DNA of 64,000 nucleotides from a virus (IMGVR_UViG_3300025715_000009:324269-388268); one strand, 5' to 3'. Shown: positions 24,071-32,830, counted from the first letter of the stretch. Numbers and translations: made by a program. Notes: generated by a model from the letters alone, not told the origin.

Positions 24071-24628
24071 ATGATACTTGATTTTTATCTTAATTCTACT
24101 CCTCATCCAAGCACTCATCAAACTCTAAAGGAAATGCAATCCTGGAACGATAATAAACTAAATGGTGTACATAATTATATCACTTGGTTTTTTCCTACAA
24201 GAAGACACTCTTGTTCAGTCGATAGTATAGCAATAACTGATGAAGAGATACAAGAATTTAAAACTAATCCTATCTTGAGAAAACAAATTCTACGTAATTA
24301 TTATCGCATGCTTAAATTCTATGGATTTGTTTTTACTGGTGATAAAGTAATAAAATCAAACAATTATGAGGATAATAAACATTATTGGCTATGCGAGCAA
24401 ACACCTAACTTTGGTAGAATAGCTCGGATGCTGCAATCATTAATGCTTTTAGGTTTTAGTCAGGCTGCTATGCTCTTTTATGATGCATTAATGCAAGCCT
24501 ACTCAAAAGAGGAGCAAATCATCCCGGTGAAGGTATTAGATTATTGGCATTCTTCTGTTTATGACAAGAGTAATTGGGATTCTAATATATTTTGGTGGCA
24601 ATTACAAACAGGTGGAAATGTAAAATAA
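24071..24628 (+). CDS. OGFr (opioid growth factor receptor)-like domain protein
   Basis: HNYI.W.FP, ML.FYG, N..RI.RML.SL..LG. Confidence 0.8.
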   Translation: MILDFYLNSTPHPSTHQTLKEMQSWNDNKLNGVHNYITWFFPTRRHSCSVDSIAITDEEIQEFKTNPILRKQILRNYYRMLKFYGFVFTGDKVIKSNNYEDNKHYWLCEQTPNFGRIARMLQSLMLLGFSQAAMLFYDALMQAYSKEEQIIPVKVLDYWHSSVYDKSNWDSNIFWWQLQTGGNVK

Positions 24629-24653
24629 AAAACCAGGCTCCGAGCCTGGTTTT
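24629..24653. terminator. bidirectional intrinsic terminator
   Basis: AAAACCAGGCTC-C-GAGCCTGGTTTT between convergent genes. Confidence 0.75.
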
Positions 24654-25281
24654 AAAAAAATATTTCTATAGGTTTAGAAAAAATACTATTAAATATGATT
24701 GAATAATAATTATGATATTGTTCTTTAGTTATTATAGTACATGCTCCGGCAAAAAAAGATTCTGTCCATAAATCAAATTTTTTAATCTTGGTATTTTTAG
24801 TAGAGTATGTTATTGTTAAAACCGAGCAATGTGGTTTCCATTCTATTTCGAATATTTTACTAATCGGTATAACAAGAGTAAGAACAGGATTTTTAGTACT
24901 AAAACCCTGATGTAATAATATGTTGCCTTTTTTAAATTTCATTTTACCTTTATCAACACAGACAATGCCCCACCTAATATGTCGGCAAAACATTTTAATA
25001 ATTTTTGACCTGCTTGCCTTGCAGATAAATTCATTCTCAATAATTCAGCCTCAAGAGCTGTGTTTAAATCCTTAATCAATGATTCAAACTCTTCAGGGCT
25101 TATCTCTTCTTCTTTTCTCATTTTCATGTATTTAGATGTCAACTTACTCTGCTCAACTAAAAACTTAGAACCACTTTTAGCGGCATCTCCTAATACATCA
25201 CCTAATGTCTTTAGAGCAGCTTGTCCTGCTTTATCTGTTATATATTTTGAAAAATCATCAAAGTTAAATTCTATTTCCATA

Positions 25282-25692
25282 CTACCTCCGCGCTTTCTGA
25301 TACTCTGTCGCTATTATTACATCTAATATCCTTGTCAAGGTCTCTTTCTTTAAATCTTTATATGTCTGACTTAATTCTTTTATCTTAGCCTCTTGATAAA
25401 ATGCTTGCATCCTCTCAGTAAATAATTCAATCTGTTTAATTGTCTCAATATTCTCATCTCCTTTACCTACTTCATACTCATAAACTAGGTCTAGAGCAAG
25501 AAAATAATTATCTATTTTTTCTTGCTCTATAGCAGGAGAACATTCATCAACAAATGTTTTGGTTATTACCTTGAGAGTAATAAAATTTTCATATGACTTC
25601 TGGTCATAAGACGAAATCGGGCTGACCCACCCTTTAAGAGTAGAACAGCCCGATAATAAAAGTAAAATTAGTAATGGAGCAATCTTTTTCAT
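25282..25692 (-). CDS. putative lipoprotein
   Basis: MKK...LLLSGC lipobox. Confidence 0.7.
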   Translation of the reverse strand: MKKIAPLLILLLLSGCSTLKGWVSPISSYDQKSYENFITLKVITKTFVDECSPAIEQEKIDNYFLALDLVYEYEVGKGDENIETIKQIELFTERMQAFYQEAKIKELSQTYKDLKKETLTRILDVIIATEYQKARR

Positions 25693-25708
25693 ATAAATAT
25701 CTTGCTAA

Positions 25709-26353
25709 CTACTCATAATATTTCATCCAATCTGTAGAATATTTTGTTTTTAGCTTTTCAAGATAAGAATTTGTTTTAATCTTACACATCCATACCTTGC
25801 CTCTAAAAGCACCACTCTTTTCTCTTCCTTTGCAAATTACTCCTTCATTTACACTAAACTCATTCTCTCTTACCCTGTTGATAAAATCATCAGTTAAATT
25901 GCCTTCATAAATCACTCTTGGTGTAGGTACTATGCCTAATAATTTATTAGCTACTTTGACAAACTCTTGAGGCATTAAAAATTCTGTCCATTGGCTTTTA
26001 ATTAAGAGGATATCAAACATGACAAATCGCATCTTATCAATTGGGTCGCTATGAAAACCAGCAAATGAATTTGGGCCTACATACTCACCAAAAACAACTA
26101 TTTCTTTATCTTTAGGATAAAATTTGCGGAAATACTCTTCTAGTGGTTCTTTGCAAGTTGAATTAAAGACATTGACTACTCCACCTAAAATTGGATGAGA
26201 AGAGTCAATAAGTTGTGTTCTACTTCCAAATAAGTCAAATCCTCTTTTAGAAGTATATTTGACTCTTATATTACTCCCATCAAGCTTTTCAAAAGCTATC
26301 ATTTGTTTTCTGGGGGCTCTGGAAGAATTAATAATGGAAGGATACTCTATCAT
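25709..26353 (-). CDS. RNA ligase (Rnl2-like nucleotidyltransferase)
   Basis: EKLDGSN motif I, VFGEY, FDI, EGVIC, CKIK. Confidence 0.85.
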   Translation of the reverse strand: MIEYPSIINSSRAPRKQMIAFEKLDGSNIRVKYTSKRGFDLFGSRTQLIDSSHPILGGVVNVFNSTCKEPLEEYFRKFYPKDKEIVVFGEYVGPNSFAGFHSDPIDKMRFVMFDILLIKSQWTEFLMPQEFVKVANKLLGIVPTPRVIYEGNLTDDFINRVRENEFSVNEGVICKGREKSGAFRGKVWMCKIKTNSYLEKLKTKYSTDWMKYYE

Positions 26354-26434
26354 ATAATCTCCTTTATCGGCCTAAGATAGCGAAGATTATATTTTTGAAC
26401 TGCACTGGATTCGAACCAGTGACCCACGCCTTAA

Positions 26435-27097
26435 CTTACTACTTTCAGTTTCCTGAACCATCTTTCAATGTTGTAGTCTGGACTTTATCTTCATCGTTTT
26501 CAAGAGGTACGATGTCTTGCGTAAAGTCTCTGAGGAACCTATCAATACCATATTCTTCAATAAAATTTATTCCAGTTTTTTGATTATTCTTTGGTTGATT
26601 CATTCTTATACTAAAGCCACTTTCTTTTTTACAAGCTTCATTAGAAGAAATCCATACAATTTTTTCATTAAATGGATTATAAATTGCAAACCAATCAACA
26701 TCTTTTTCTGAATAAGTATATCTATATCCATTTGGACCAGATTTTTGAAGACGAAGTAGAACTTTTTCTTCATTACTTCCAGAATATTTTATTTGAATTT
26801 TTTTAAAATCCCCGATTTTTCTGCAATTAAATCAATCTTAGAATAATCACCAATTTCTGCAAAAACATTAAATTCATGTTTTTGTAATTCTAATACAACT
26901 GAAGAATATGCTATATTTCCTTTATGTTTTGTATGCATATAATAATATATGCTTAGGAAATCTAGTTTCCTGCGGATTGCCCAATCTTTTTGATTTTTAC
27001 TAGTTGCATAGTACAAAAAGCTCTAAGGGGTTTCCCGCATATAGCAAGATCCAGTATTTAGATTAAACCTCCTTTTTCTAAATACGCTCTTAATTTA
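26435..27097 (-). mobile_element. group I intron (663 nt) with endonuclease ORF in the P6 loop
   Basis: P ATGCGGGAAA, Q AATCCGCAGG, R TCAGAGACT, S AAGATAAAGTCC, P3 TCTTGC/GCAAGA, terminal G; IGS TTAAGAG pairs both exons. Confidence 0.92.
26445..26938 (-). pseudogene. intron-encoded PD-(D/E)XK homing endonuclease, frameshifted
   Basis: 494 nt versus 495 nt for the intact paralog; one A missing in the run at 26798-26804, and IQIKY... continues in the -1 frame. Confidence 0.85.
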
Positions 27098-27139
27098 AAG
27101 GGCGTTGCTCTACCATCTGAGCTAGCAGTCCAATAATAC

Positions 27140-27436
27140 TTAGTCTATAATTTCCTTGGAACGAACACCATAATCATGACCAATGTAATCAACTTTATAT
27201 TGCTTGCCATTTTCATTGGTGATAATGATTGTAAAGTTCCCAGTAGTAGAATCATCGCTAATATAGGCTTTAGCCTTAATTGTTTCGATTACCTGACCAG
27301 TGCGGGTATTCTCAATGACAATTTCACGATACAACCCACCACCAAAGTCAGATTTAACATTCTTGATGGTTTGTTGAAAAGACATCCCACAAGAAGTTAA
27401 CATTGCTACTAGAACTAGAACAACCATTTTCTTCAT
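27140..27436 (-). CDS. putative small lipoprotein
   Basis: MKK...LTSC lipobox. Confidence 0.6.
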   Translation of the reverse strand: MKKMVVLVLVAMLTSCGMSFQQTIKNVKSDFGGGLYREIVIENTRTGQVIETIKAKAYISDDSTTGNFTIIITNENGKQYKVDYIGHDYGVRSKEIID

Positions 27437-27629
27437 TTTATTCTCCTTTTGTTTTTAAAATATTTCCATATATTTGGCATTATTTTAAATATAATACCTC
27501 CTATTTTATAGGATATTATATTATTCCAAGACCCAACTTTACACATATGACAATCTGCATCAAATTCATGATGTATTGAACAAATTGAGAACCATTCTTT
27601 TTTCCAAAATAATTTACCTTTTGTCATAT

Positions 27630-27784
27630 TGAAGAAAGAAGGACTTGAACCTTCAACCGGATTACTTCATCTTTCTTAATAATATATTGATTGATTTCAT
27701 GGTACCATCCACCAATCTCAAAAAAGATAGATTTTTCATCTGCCGCATTTCCAAATGCCGTCTTTGCCATTTGACCATTTCTTC
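27630..27784 (-). ncRNA. tRNA-like RNA with a ~85-nt extra arm and non-canonical anticodon loop
   Basis: GAAGAAA/TTTCTTC acceptor, D arm, GCATTT-GG-AAATGC hairpin, long internal stem, GAAGG TTCAAGT CCTTC T arm. Confidence 0.6.
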
Positions 27785-27790
27785 ATTTTA

Positions 27791-28091
27791 TAGCCGGAGA
27801 GGGACTTGAACCCTCACGCCTTTGCAGGCAGGAGATTTTCTTACCACTATAGTTTTCACTACCATCTTTCAATGTTTGTGGTCTGGACTATATCTTCACC
27901 ATATCATTTCTGATTTAGGTGGTTGGCTCATAGTCTCTACACACGCCCAGAAGATTTCTCTTCTTGCTTGGCTCGGGGTTGGGTCGCATTTGCAGGCCAT
28001 TCTCCGAATTCGCCAACATTCACTTAGAAGTTTCCAATCTAAGTGCTCAAATAGTTAAAGTCTCCGGTGTCTACCATTCCACCATCCGGCC
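27791..28091 (-). tRNA. tRNA-Leu(UAA), class II, with a group I intron at 34/35
   Basis: GGAGA CTT | AAAA TCTCC, long variable arm, GAGGG TTCAAGT CCCTC. Confidence 0.92.
27840..28057 (-). mobile_element. group I intron (218 nt, no ORF), trnL(UAA)-type position
   Basis: P AATTCGGAGAA, Q AACCCCGAGC, R GTAGAGACTA, S AAGATATAGTCC, IGS TTTGAG, terminal G. Confidence 0.92.
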
Positions 28092-28213
28092 ATATATACT
28101 GTTTGATTGTTTAGCTCAAACAGTAAAGCATTCTATTTGATTAAGGTTCAAATAGCAAAACCTTTGAACCAGGCGGGACTCGAACCCACATAGACCTTAC
28201 GGTCACAGATTAA

Positions 28214-28876
28214 CTTACTACTTTCAGTTTCCTGAACCATCTTTCAATGTTGTAGTCTGGACTTTATCTTCATCGTTTTCAAGAGGTACAATGTCTTGCG
28301 TAAAGTCTCTGAGGAACCTATCAATACCATAATCATCAATTGATCTTACATTCTTTTTCTGTTTGTTTTTAACAGGATTTATACGTATATTAATCCCAGT
28401 ATTATATTTACAAACTTCTTTTGCTTTTACCCAAGCTATTTTTTTTGAATATAGATGATACACGGCAAACCAATCTACATCTTTTGATTTGTATGTATAT
28501 CTATATCCATTAGGTCCAGATTTTTTTATGTTTATAAAAACATAATCTTTAACGTATCCAACATATTTAATTTGAATTTTTCTTAATTCACCGCCCTTTT
28601 CTGCTATCAAATCAATTTTGGATACATCACCTAATTCTGAAAAAACATTAAAACCATTTTCTTGTAAAATCAAGACAACTGATGATTGTGCTATATTTCC
28701 TTTATGTTTTGTATGCATATAATAATATATGCTTAGGAAATCTAGTTTCCTGCGGATTGCCCAATCTTTTTGATTTTTACTAGTTGCATAGTACAAAAAG
28801 CTCTAAGGGGTTTCCCGCATATAGCAAGATCCAGTATTTAGATTAAACCTCCTTTTTCTAAATACGCTCTTAATTA
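28214..28876 (-). mobile_element. group I intron (663 nt), second copy
   Basis: Ribozyme segments almost identical to 26435..27097. Confidence 0.92.
28224..28718 (-). CDS. intron-encoded PD-(D/E)XK homing endonuclease (I-Ssp6803I/PDDEXK_5-like)
   Basis: MHTKHKGNIA...G..V...GD....DLI......RKIQIK...VDWFAVY; ATG start at 28718 preferred over the track's GTG. Confidence 0.85.
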   Translation of the reverse strand: MHTKHKGNIAQSSVVLILQENGFNVFSELGDVSKIDLIAEKGGELRKIQIKYVGYVKDYVFINIKKSGPNGYRYTYKSKDVDWFAVYHLYSKKIAWVKAKEVCKYNTGINIRINPVKNKQKKNVRSIDDYGIDRFLRDFTQDIVPLENDEDKVQTTTLKDGSGN

Positions 28877-29086
28877 AAGTCTGTTGCACAGCCTTTGTGC
28901 CACTGGTCCTAGTTAAGAATCTTGTTTAATAACTCCTGGGAATAAATAGTTGCTAGATAAGTATAATTCTTGTCATAGAGCCGAAAGACATCCCATTGCT
29001 TTGTTCCTTGAGCAGTACATACTTCAATAATATATCCATTAATATGCTTTACTTCTCTTACTTGACTCATTTATTACCTCGCATCT

Positions 29087-29757
29087 TTATATATGCTTAT
29101 TAATAAGATTATTTTTAATAATCTCTTGATTAAACCAATGAACATTGGTTTGAATATGGTTTGGTCTAACCCATTTTACTACACTCTTTCCCCAATCAAT
29201 AAGATCAATCTCATCAGCTAAACGCATTACAAAACCTTCTTGATTATTACGTAATGTATTTGGCAAAGCTTTAATCAATAATTCATCAAAAATACCATCA
29301 TAAAGAACAGGCACTGTAGAAATATCTAATTGTCTTGCAATTTCTATAGTTTCATCCCAATTAAAACACAGTTGTTTTTCCCATACATTGAACAATAAAA
29401 AATAAGATTCAAGATCTTGATAATGGATTGAATGTTTAGCATATAAATTTTCTCCACAAAGTCTAAATCCAATATGTTTCAAATCATCTGGCATTTTATC
29501 AGCTGTTTTTATAGAAAATGCAGTTACCCAATGTCTTGAAGGATGATTACAGGAATCAATAGATCTTGCGTGACATATTCCACTTGGATAAATGGTTGTA
29601 TTTTCGCCATCCATTTTTTCTGTAATAACAACTCTTTTCCCTATAAATGCAGAAAGATCATGTTGCACCTTATCATCATTACTTTTCCCTGGAGACCATG
29701 GAAGATGAAAGGTTTTTGGATATTTAGTATACAAGGTTCTTGGATATTCTTCATGCA
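29087..29757 (-). CDS. RNA ligase family nucleotidyltransferase
   Basis: KYPKTFHLPWS, TEKMDGEN, CGEN, EGFVMR, KWVR. Confidence 0.85.
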
Positions 29758-29774
29758 TAGTATTAAAAAACGAT

Positions 29775-29878
29775 GAGGTTGCTTTTATAATTGTTGCCAC
29801 CTCCCAAATCAATCAATATCTGTTATATAAAAACTAGGGTTGCTTTTATAATTGTTGCTACCCTAAATCAACCAATGT
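29775..29878. repeat. two tandem ~42-bp hairpin repeats, 61-bp period
   Basis: GGTTGCTTTTATAATTGTTGC(C/T)ACC...AAATCAA.CAAT at 29777 and 29838. Confidence 0.85.
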
Positions 29879-29925
29879 CCGCCGACTTTCTTGCAAGTGT
29901 TGAAAGTCTAACAATCACCCGGATT

Positions 29926-30272
29926 TAAGGCAGTCAGGATTTGAACCTGAAAGGGTTATACTTACTTATCACCAGACTATTCACACCCTTCTATCTTGGA
30001 AAATCTAAGGCCCTAAGATAGAGTGGATATCAAGCACTGCTTGACTCCCCCGTCTGGTCTGCCTACCCCCTCTTGACGCTTTGGGTTCTCTTTCGCAAGA
30101 TAGTCTTCAACGAAGCTGCTATCTCGTCCAGATACTGCGGTGGATAGAACGACTAATAATTTTTTACTTATTCTTCTTGACCTCCACTAGTCTTTCAGAA
30201 TAAGGCAGCAAAGTTAAATTAATTTAAGTCCATCAACTTAATGTAAGCTGTTGCTGCACCAACAACTGGACT
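29926..30272 (-). ncRNA. unassigned structured RNA ending in a tRNA T arm and acceptor strand
   Basis: ORF-free; stems AAGTCCA/TGGACTT, CTTATTCT/AGAATAAG, ACCAGAC/GTCTGGT, TCTATCTT/AAGATAGA; 3' TCAGG TTCAAAT CCTGA CTGCCTT A. Confidence 0.55.
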
Positions 30273-30273
30273 T

Positions 30274-30346
30274 TAGGAGCACAGGGATTTGAACCCTGAC
30301 TTTCAACTTTATAAGAGTTGTGTGCTGACCGTTACACTATGCTCCA
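30274..30346 (-). tRNA. tRNA-Ile(UAU)
   Basis: CAACT CT TAT AA AGTTG; complete cloverleaf with a U1.U72 mismatch. Confidence 0.85.
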
Positions 30347-30366
30347 TCGCTTGATTTATTATACTC

Positions 30367-31068
30367 TCAAATCCCCTTCTCTAAACTATTTAAAAACTTT
30401 TCAAATTCATTTTTTACAAAATCAGAATTAAATTTACCTAAATCCTTAATTATATATGCTTTATATCCACATTTTTTTATTTCTTTTAATTTTATTTTAT
30501 CTCTTGTTTGAATTTGTAATAAGCTTTGTTGTCTTTTAATTTTTTTATAATGCCAAATTCCATTCCATAAAATAGCTATATTTAAATCTTCTATAATTAT
30601 ATCAGCATCCCAACCGTTGAAACAAGGTATATTATTTTTTACACTAACAAAATGTGATTGACACATTTCATAAAATAAAATTTCATTTAATGACCTTCTT
30701 TTTTGACTAGAAGCTGATTTTTTGCCTCCATTTCTAGCATTTTTTAAAAAATCACTTCTATTGTTTTGTATGTAATTTATAAAAGCACTTTTACCATATT
30801 CTCCATTTTTATATCTAATAGAATATGTTTTAGCTTGTTTTTGAAGTCTTTCATCAGTTAATTTATTTAAATTTTTATTCCAAGCTATTCTTCCTTTTTG
30901 TCCTAAACCTGTTTTTTCACCATGATTTATACCATTTCCATGACTTCTCCAAATATGAGAACAGATTCCATTTTTAGAATAAAGTTTATCACAAATAGGA
31001 CATTTATATTTTAACGTTTTTTCATCTAACCAATTTTTATCTAAAACAATTTTAATTTCTTTATTCAT
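30367..31068 (-). CDS. free-standing homing-type endonuclease (C2H2 finger, NUMOD-like, Vsr-like PD-(D/E)XK)
   Basis: CPICD...H...H, AWNK, WDADIII....IAI.WNG.WHY, RD..K. Confidence 0.7.
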   Translation of the reverse strand: MNKEIKIVLDKNWLDEKTLKYKCPICDKLYSKNGICSHIWRSHGNGINHGEKTGLGQKGRIAWNKNLNKLTDERLQKQAKTYSIRYKNGEYGKSAFINYIQNNRSDFLKNARNGGKKSASSQKRRSLNEILFYEMCQSHFVSVKNNIPCFNGWDADIIIEDLNIAILWNGIWHYKKIKRQQSLLQIQTRDKIKLKEIKKCGYKAYIIKDLGKFNSDFVKNEFEKFLNSLEKGI

Positions 31069-31087
31069 TTATTTTAAATATGCCTAA

Positions 31088-31687
31088 TTAATCCTCTTTT
31101 TTCTTTTTAAACTCAGCAATCATTTTCTTGTTCTTTTTGTTCAACCTATCAAGAACTTCTTTTCCTTCCATCCAAATGTCTTTGTTGTCTAGAATTTGCT
31201 GTATTTCTACTTCAGTTAGAAAATCTTTATAAATAGTTTTCATCAAATTATCACTCCATTTTTTAGCATGGGTGATGTTATCATACATTTCTCCACCTTT
31301 TCCAGCAGTTATACTACTATAGTTGTGGAACATGAAATCGCTGAACTCACTTATTTCTATTTGCTGAGCACTCATAATTATGAAGGTAGCGGCTGACATA
31401 CAATCACCTTCAACTGATGCTATAACAGTTGCGTTAGTCTCTTTTAAGACACGCATCAATTGAATGGCCGTAGAGGCATCTCCTCCACGAGAGTTGATAT
31501 GGATAATTATAGTATCATTCTCTGTGGCGTTACGCATGAGATGAAACCACTCTGCATACTTTTCTGGTTGTTCAATTGCACCAGAAAGATAAAATTCATG
31601 TTTAAATCCTAAAGGGACACTGTAATAAGTTGTTTTTTGAGCCACTGGAAGACCTAGTTCATCGCTGGTATCAAATTGTTTATCCAA
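31088..31687 (-). CDS. ClpP-family protease
   Basis: IHINSRGG, CMSAAT (catalytic Ser), FMFH, DIWM. Confidence 0.85.
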   Translation of the reverse strand: MDKQFDTSDELGLPVAQKTTYYSVPLGFKHEFYLSGAIEQPEKYAEWFHLMRNATENDTIIIHINSRGGDASTAIQLMRVLKETNATVIASVEGDCMSAATFIIMSAQQIEISEFSDFMFHNYSSITAGKGGEMYDNITHAKKWSDNLMKTIYKDFLTEVEIQQILDNKDIWMEGKEVLDRLNKKNKKMIAEFKKKKED

Positions 31688-31704
31688 ATTTTGCTCCTTT
31701 TAAC

Positions 31705-31776
31705 AGCACATATCGGGAATCGAACCCGAATCCGAACCTTGGCAAGGTCCTATAATAACCTTTATACTATATGTGC
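31705..31776 (-). tRNA. tRNA-Gly(GCC)
   Basis: GGACC TT GCC AA GGTTC; U73; overlaps the tdk stop codon. Confidence 0.9.
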
Positions 31777-32297
31777 ATTTTTGTAAAATAACATTTGGCA
31801 CAAAGAGCTGTATATGCTTGTTGTCCTCCTACAACTACTTTTTCAGTTTTATTTCCTTCTTTAAAATAAGTATAATTACCAAGTTCATTACCACACTCAG
31901 TACATATGGCATTTAATTTAATTATGCTATCGCAATATGGAATTGTCTGCACTATCTCATCAAACATTTCGCTTTCACTAGTTGCATGCAGAGCAGATAT
32001 ATATATGTCTTTATTGTTATAGTTTGCTTTGATTATAAAATTTTTTAATGATTTATGAAATTGTCCTTCATCAATTCCAATTACGTCATAATTAGATAAA
32101 TCAAAATTTGATAAGTCAGAAATAAAAGCAGTTTTTAACCATTTAATCTCTTTTTGACTATGGCTCAAGAATCCACGATTATCAATTTCTGGTCTTAATA
32201 GAATTACTCTTTTTTTAGCTATATAAGCTCTTTCTAATTTTGTTAGTAATTCACTTGTTTTGCCTGAAAACATTGGTCCTAGTAATAATGTTATCAT
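31767..32297 (-). CDS. tdk: thymidine kinase
   Basis: GPMFSGKTSEL, IGIDEGQF, AIC..C, GG...Y.ALC..C. Confidence 0.93.
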   Translation of the reverse strand: MITLLLGPMFSGKTSELLTKLERAYIAKKRVILLRPEIDNRGFLSHSQKEIKWLKTAFISDLSNFDLSNYDVIGIDEGQFHKSLKNFIIKANYNNKDIYISALHATSESEMFDEIVQTIPYCDSIIKLNAICTECGNELGNYTYFKEGNKTEKVVVGGQQAYTALCAKCYFTKMHI

Positions 32298-32744
32298 TCA
32301 ATTTCTTCTTTCCATCTTTTATGAAATGATTCTTCACCATCATCACCACTTAAAAGCCAATCAATTCTACCAACCATAAGAGATGCTTTTTTTAATATAT
32401 CAATTGTTTCTCTAAATTTAGCCAATGTTTCTGATGAGAAATTTTGACTAAATCCAAATTCATCTACTTTATTATTTTTCTCTATTGCTCTTTCTATTTC
32501 GTCTGCTATATCTGTTAATCTATATTGATTGTAATCAAAGTAACCACCGCTCATATTATTCTCCTTTAGAAGAAATATGCTTTTCGTTATACTCCTTTAC
32601 TTGATCAATCAAATAATCCATAAAATGAAATCCATGTAATTTTTGGAGTTTTATCAACTCCTCTTCAATATGTTTGAGCATGTCTTTGTCCATCACACCT
32701 CCTTTTTTTTAATAATATATCTTGCAAAAAAGAAGAGAGAAAAT

Positions 32745-32818
32745 TAGCCCTCTTGGGATTTGAACCCAAATTTATACGGTCTAAACGTATTGACTCTGCC
32801 AAATTGGTCTAGAGGGCC
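32745..32818 (-). tRNA. tRNA-Leu(UAG), short variable loop
   Basis: ATACG TT TAG AC CGTAT AAAT TTGGG TTCAAAT CCCAA; A73. Confidence 0.88.
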
Positions 32819-32830
32819 AAAAGATTTAAA

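Larger units (their letters stand above)
26396..27131 (-). tRNA. tRNA-Lys(UUU) interrupted by a group I intron at 34/35
   Basis: Exon 1 GGACTGC TA GCTC AGATGGTA GAGC A ACGCC CTT; exon 2 TTAA GGCGT GGGTC ACTGG TTCGAAT CCAGT GCAGTTC A. Confidence 0.9.
28165..28909 (-). tRNA. tRNA with spliced anticodon UUU (Lys) and a long variable arm; group I intron at 34/35
   Basis: GGACCAG TG GCAC AAAGGCT GTGC A ACAGA CTT | TTAA TCTGT GACC-GTAA-GGTC TAT GTGGG TTCGAGT CCCGC CTGGTTC A. Confidence 0.85.

Noticed and set aside
26431-26440. tRNA-Asn reading (CT + GTTAA)
   Set aside because: It would require the intron to end in A; that G is the conserved terminal G, and the acceptor stem matches the other Lys tRNAs.
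27091-27105. Ochre suppressor tRNA (loop CT-TTA-AA read from the unspliced 5' side), implying stop-codon recoding
   Set aside because: Intron P1/P10 pairing and the terminal G give CUU|UUAA, anticodon UUU. Known genes are full length in the standard code and use TAA, TAG and TGA as stops.
26395-28058. Plus-strand ORFs 26395, 26517, 27176 and 27822 (also 39019)
   Set aside because: Antisense to tRNAs, introns or real genes, with no protein features.
29775-29878. Mini CRISPR array
   Set aside because: Only two imperfect units, a spacer of about 20 nt, and no cas genes in the window.
29926-30272. tmRNA or RNase P RNA
   Set aside because: No G3.U70 Ala acceptor, no convincing tag frame, and RNase P conserved regions are not complete; kept as unassigned.
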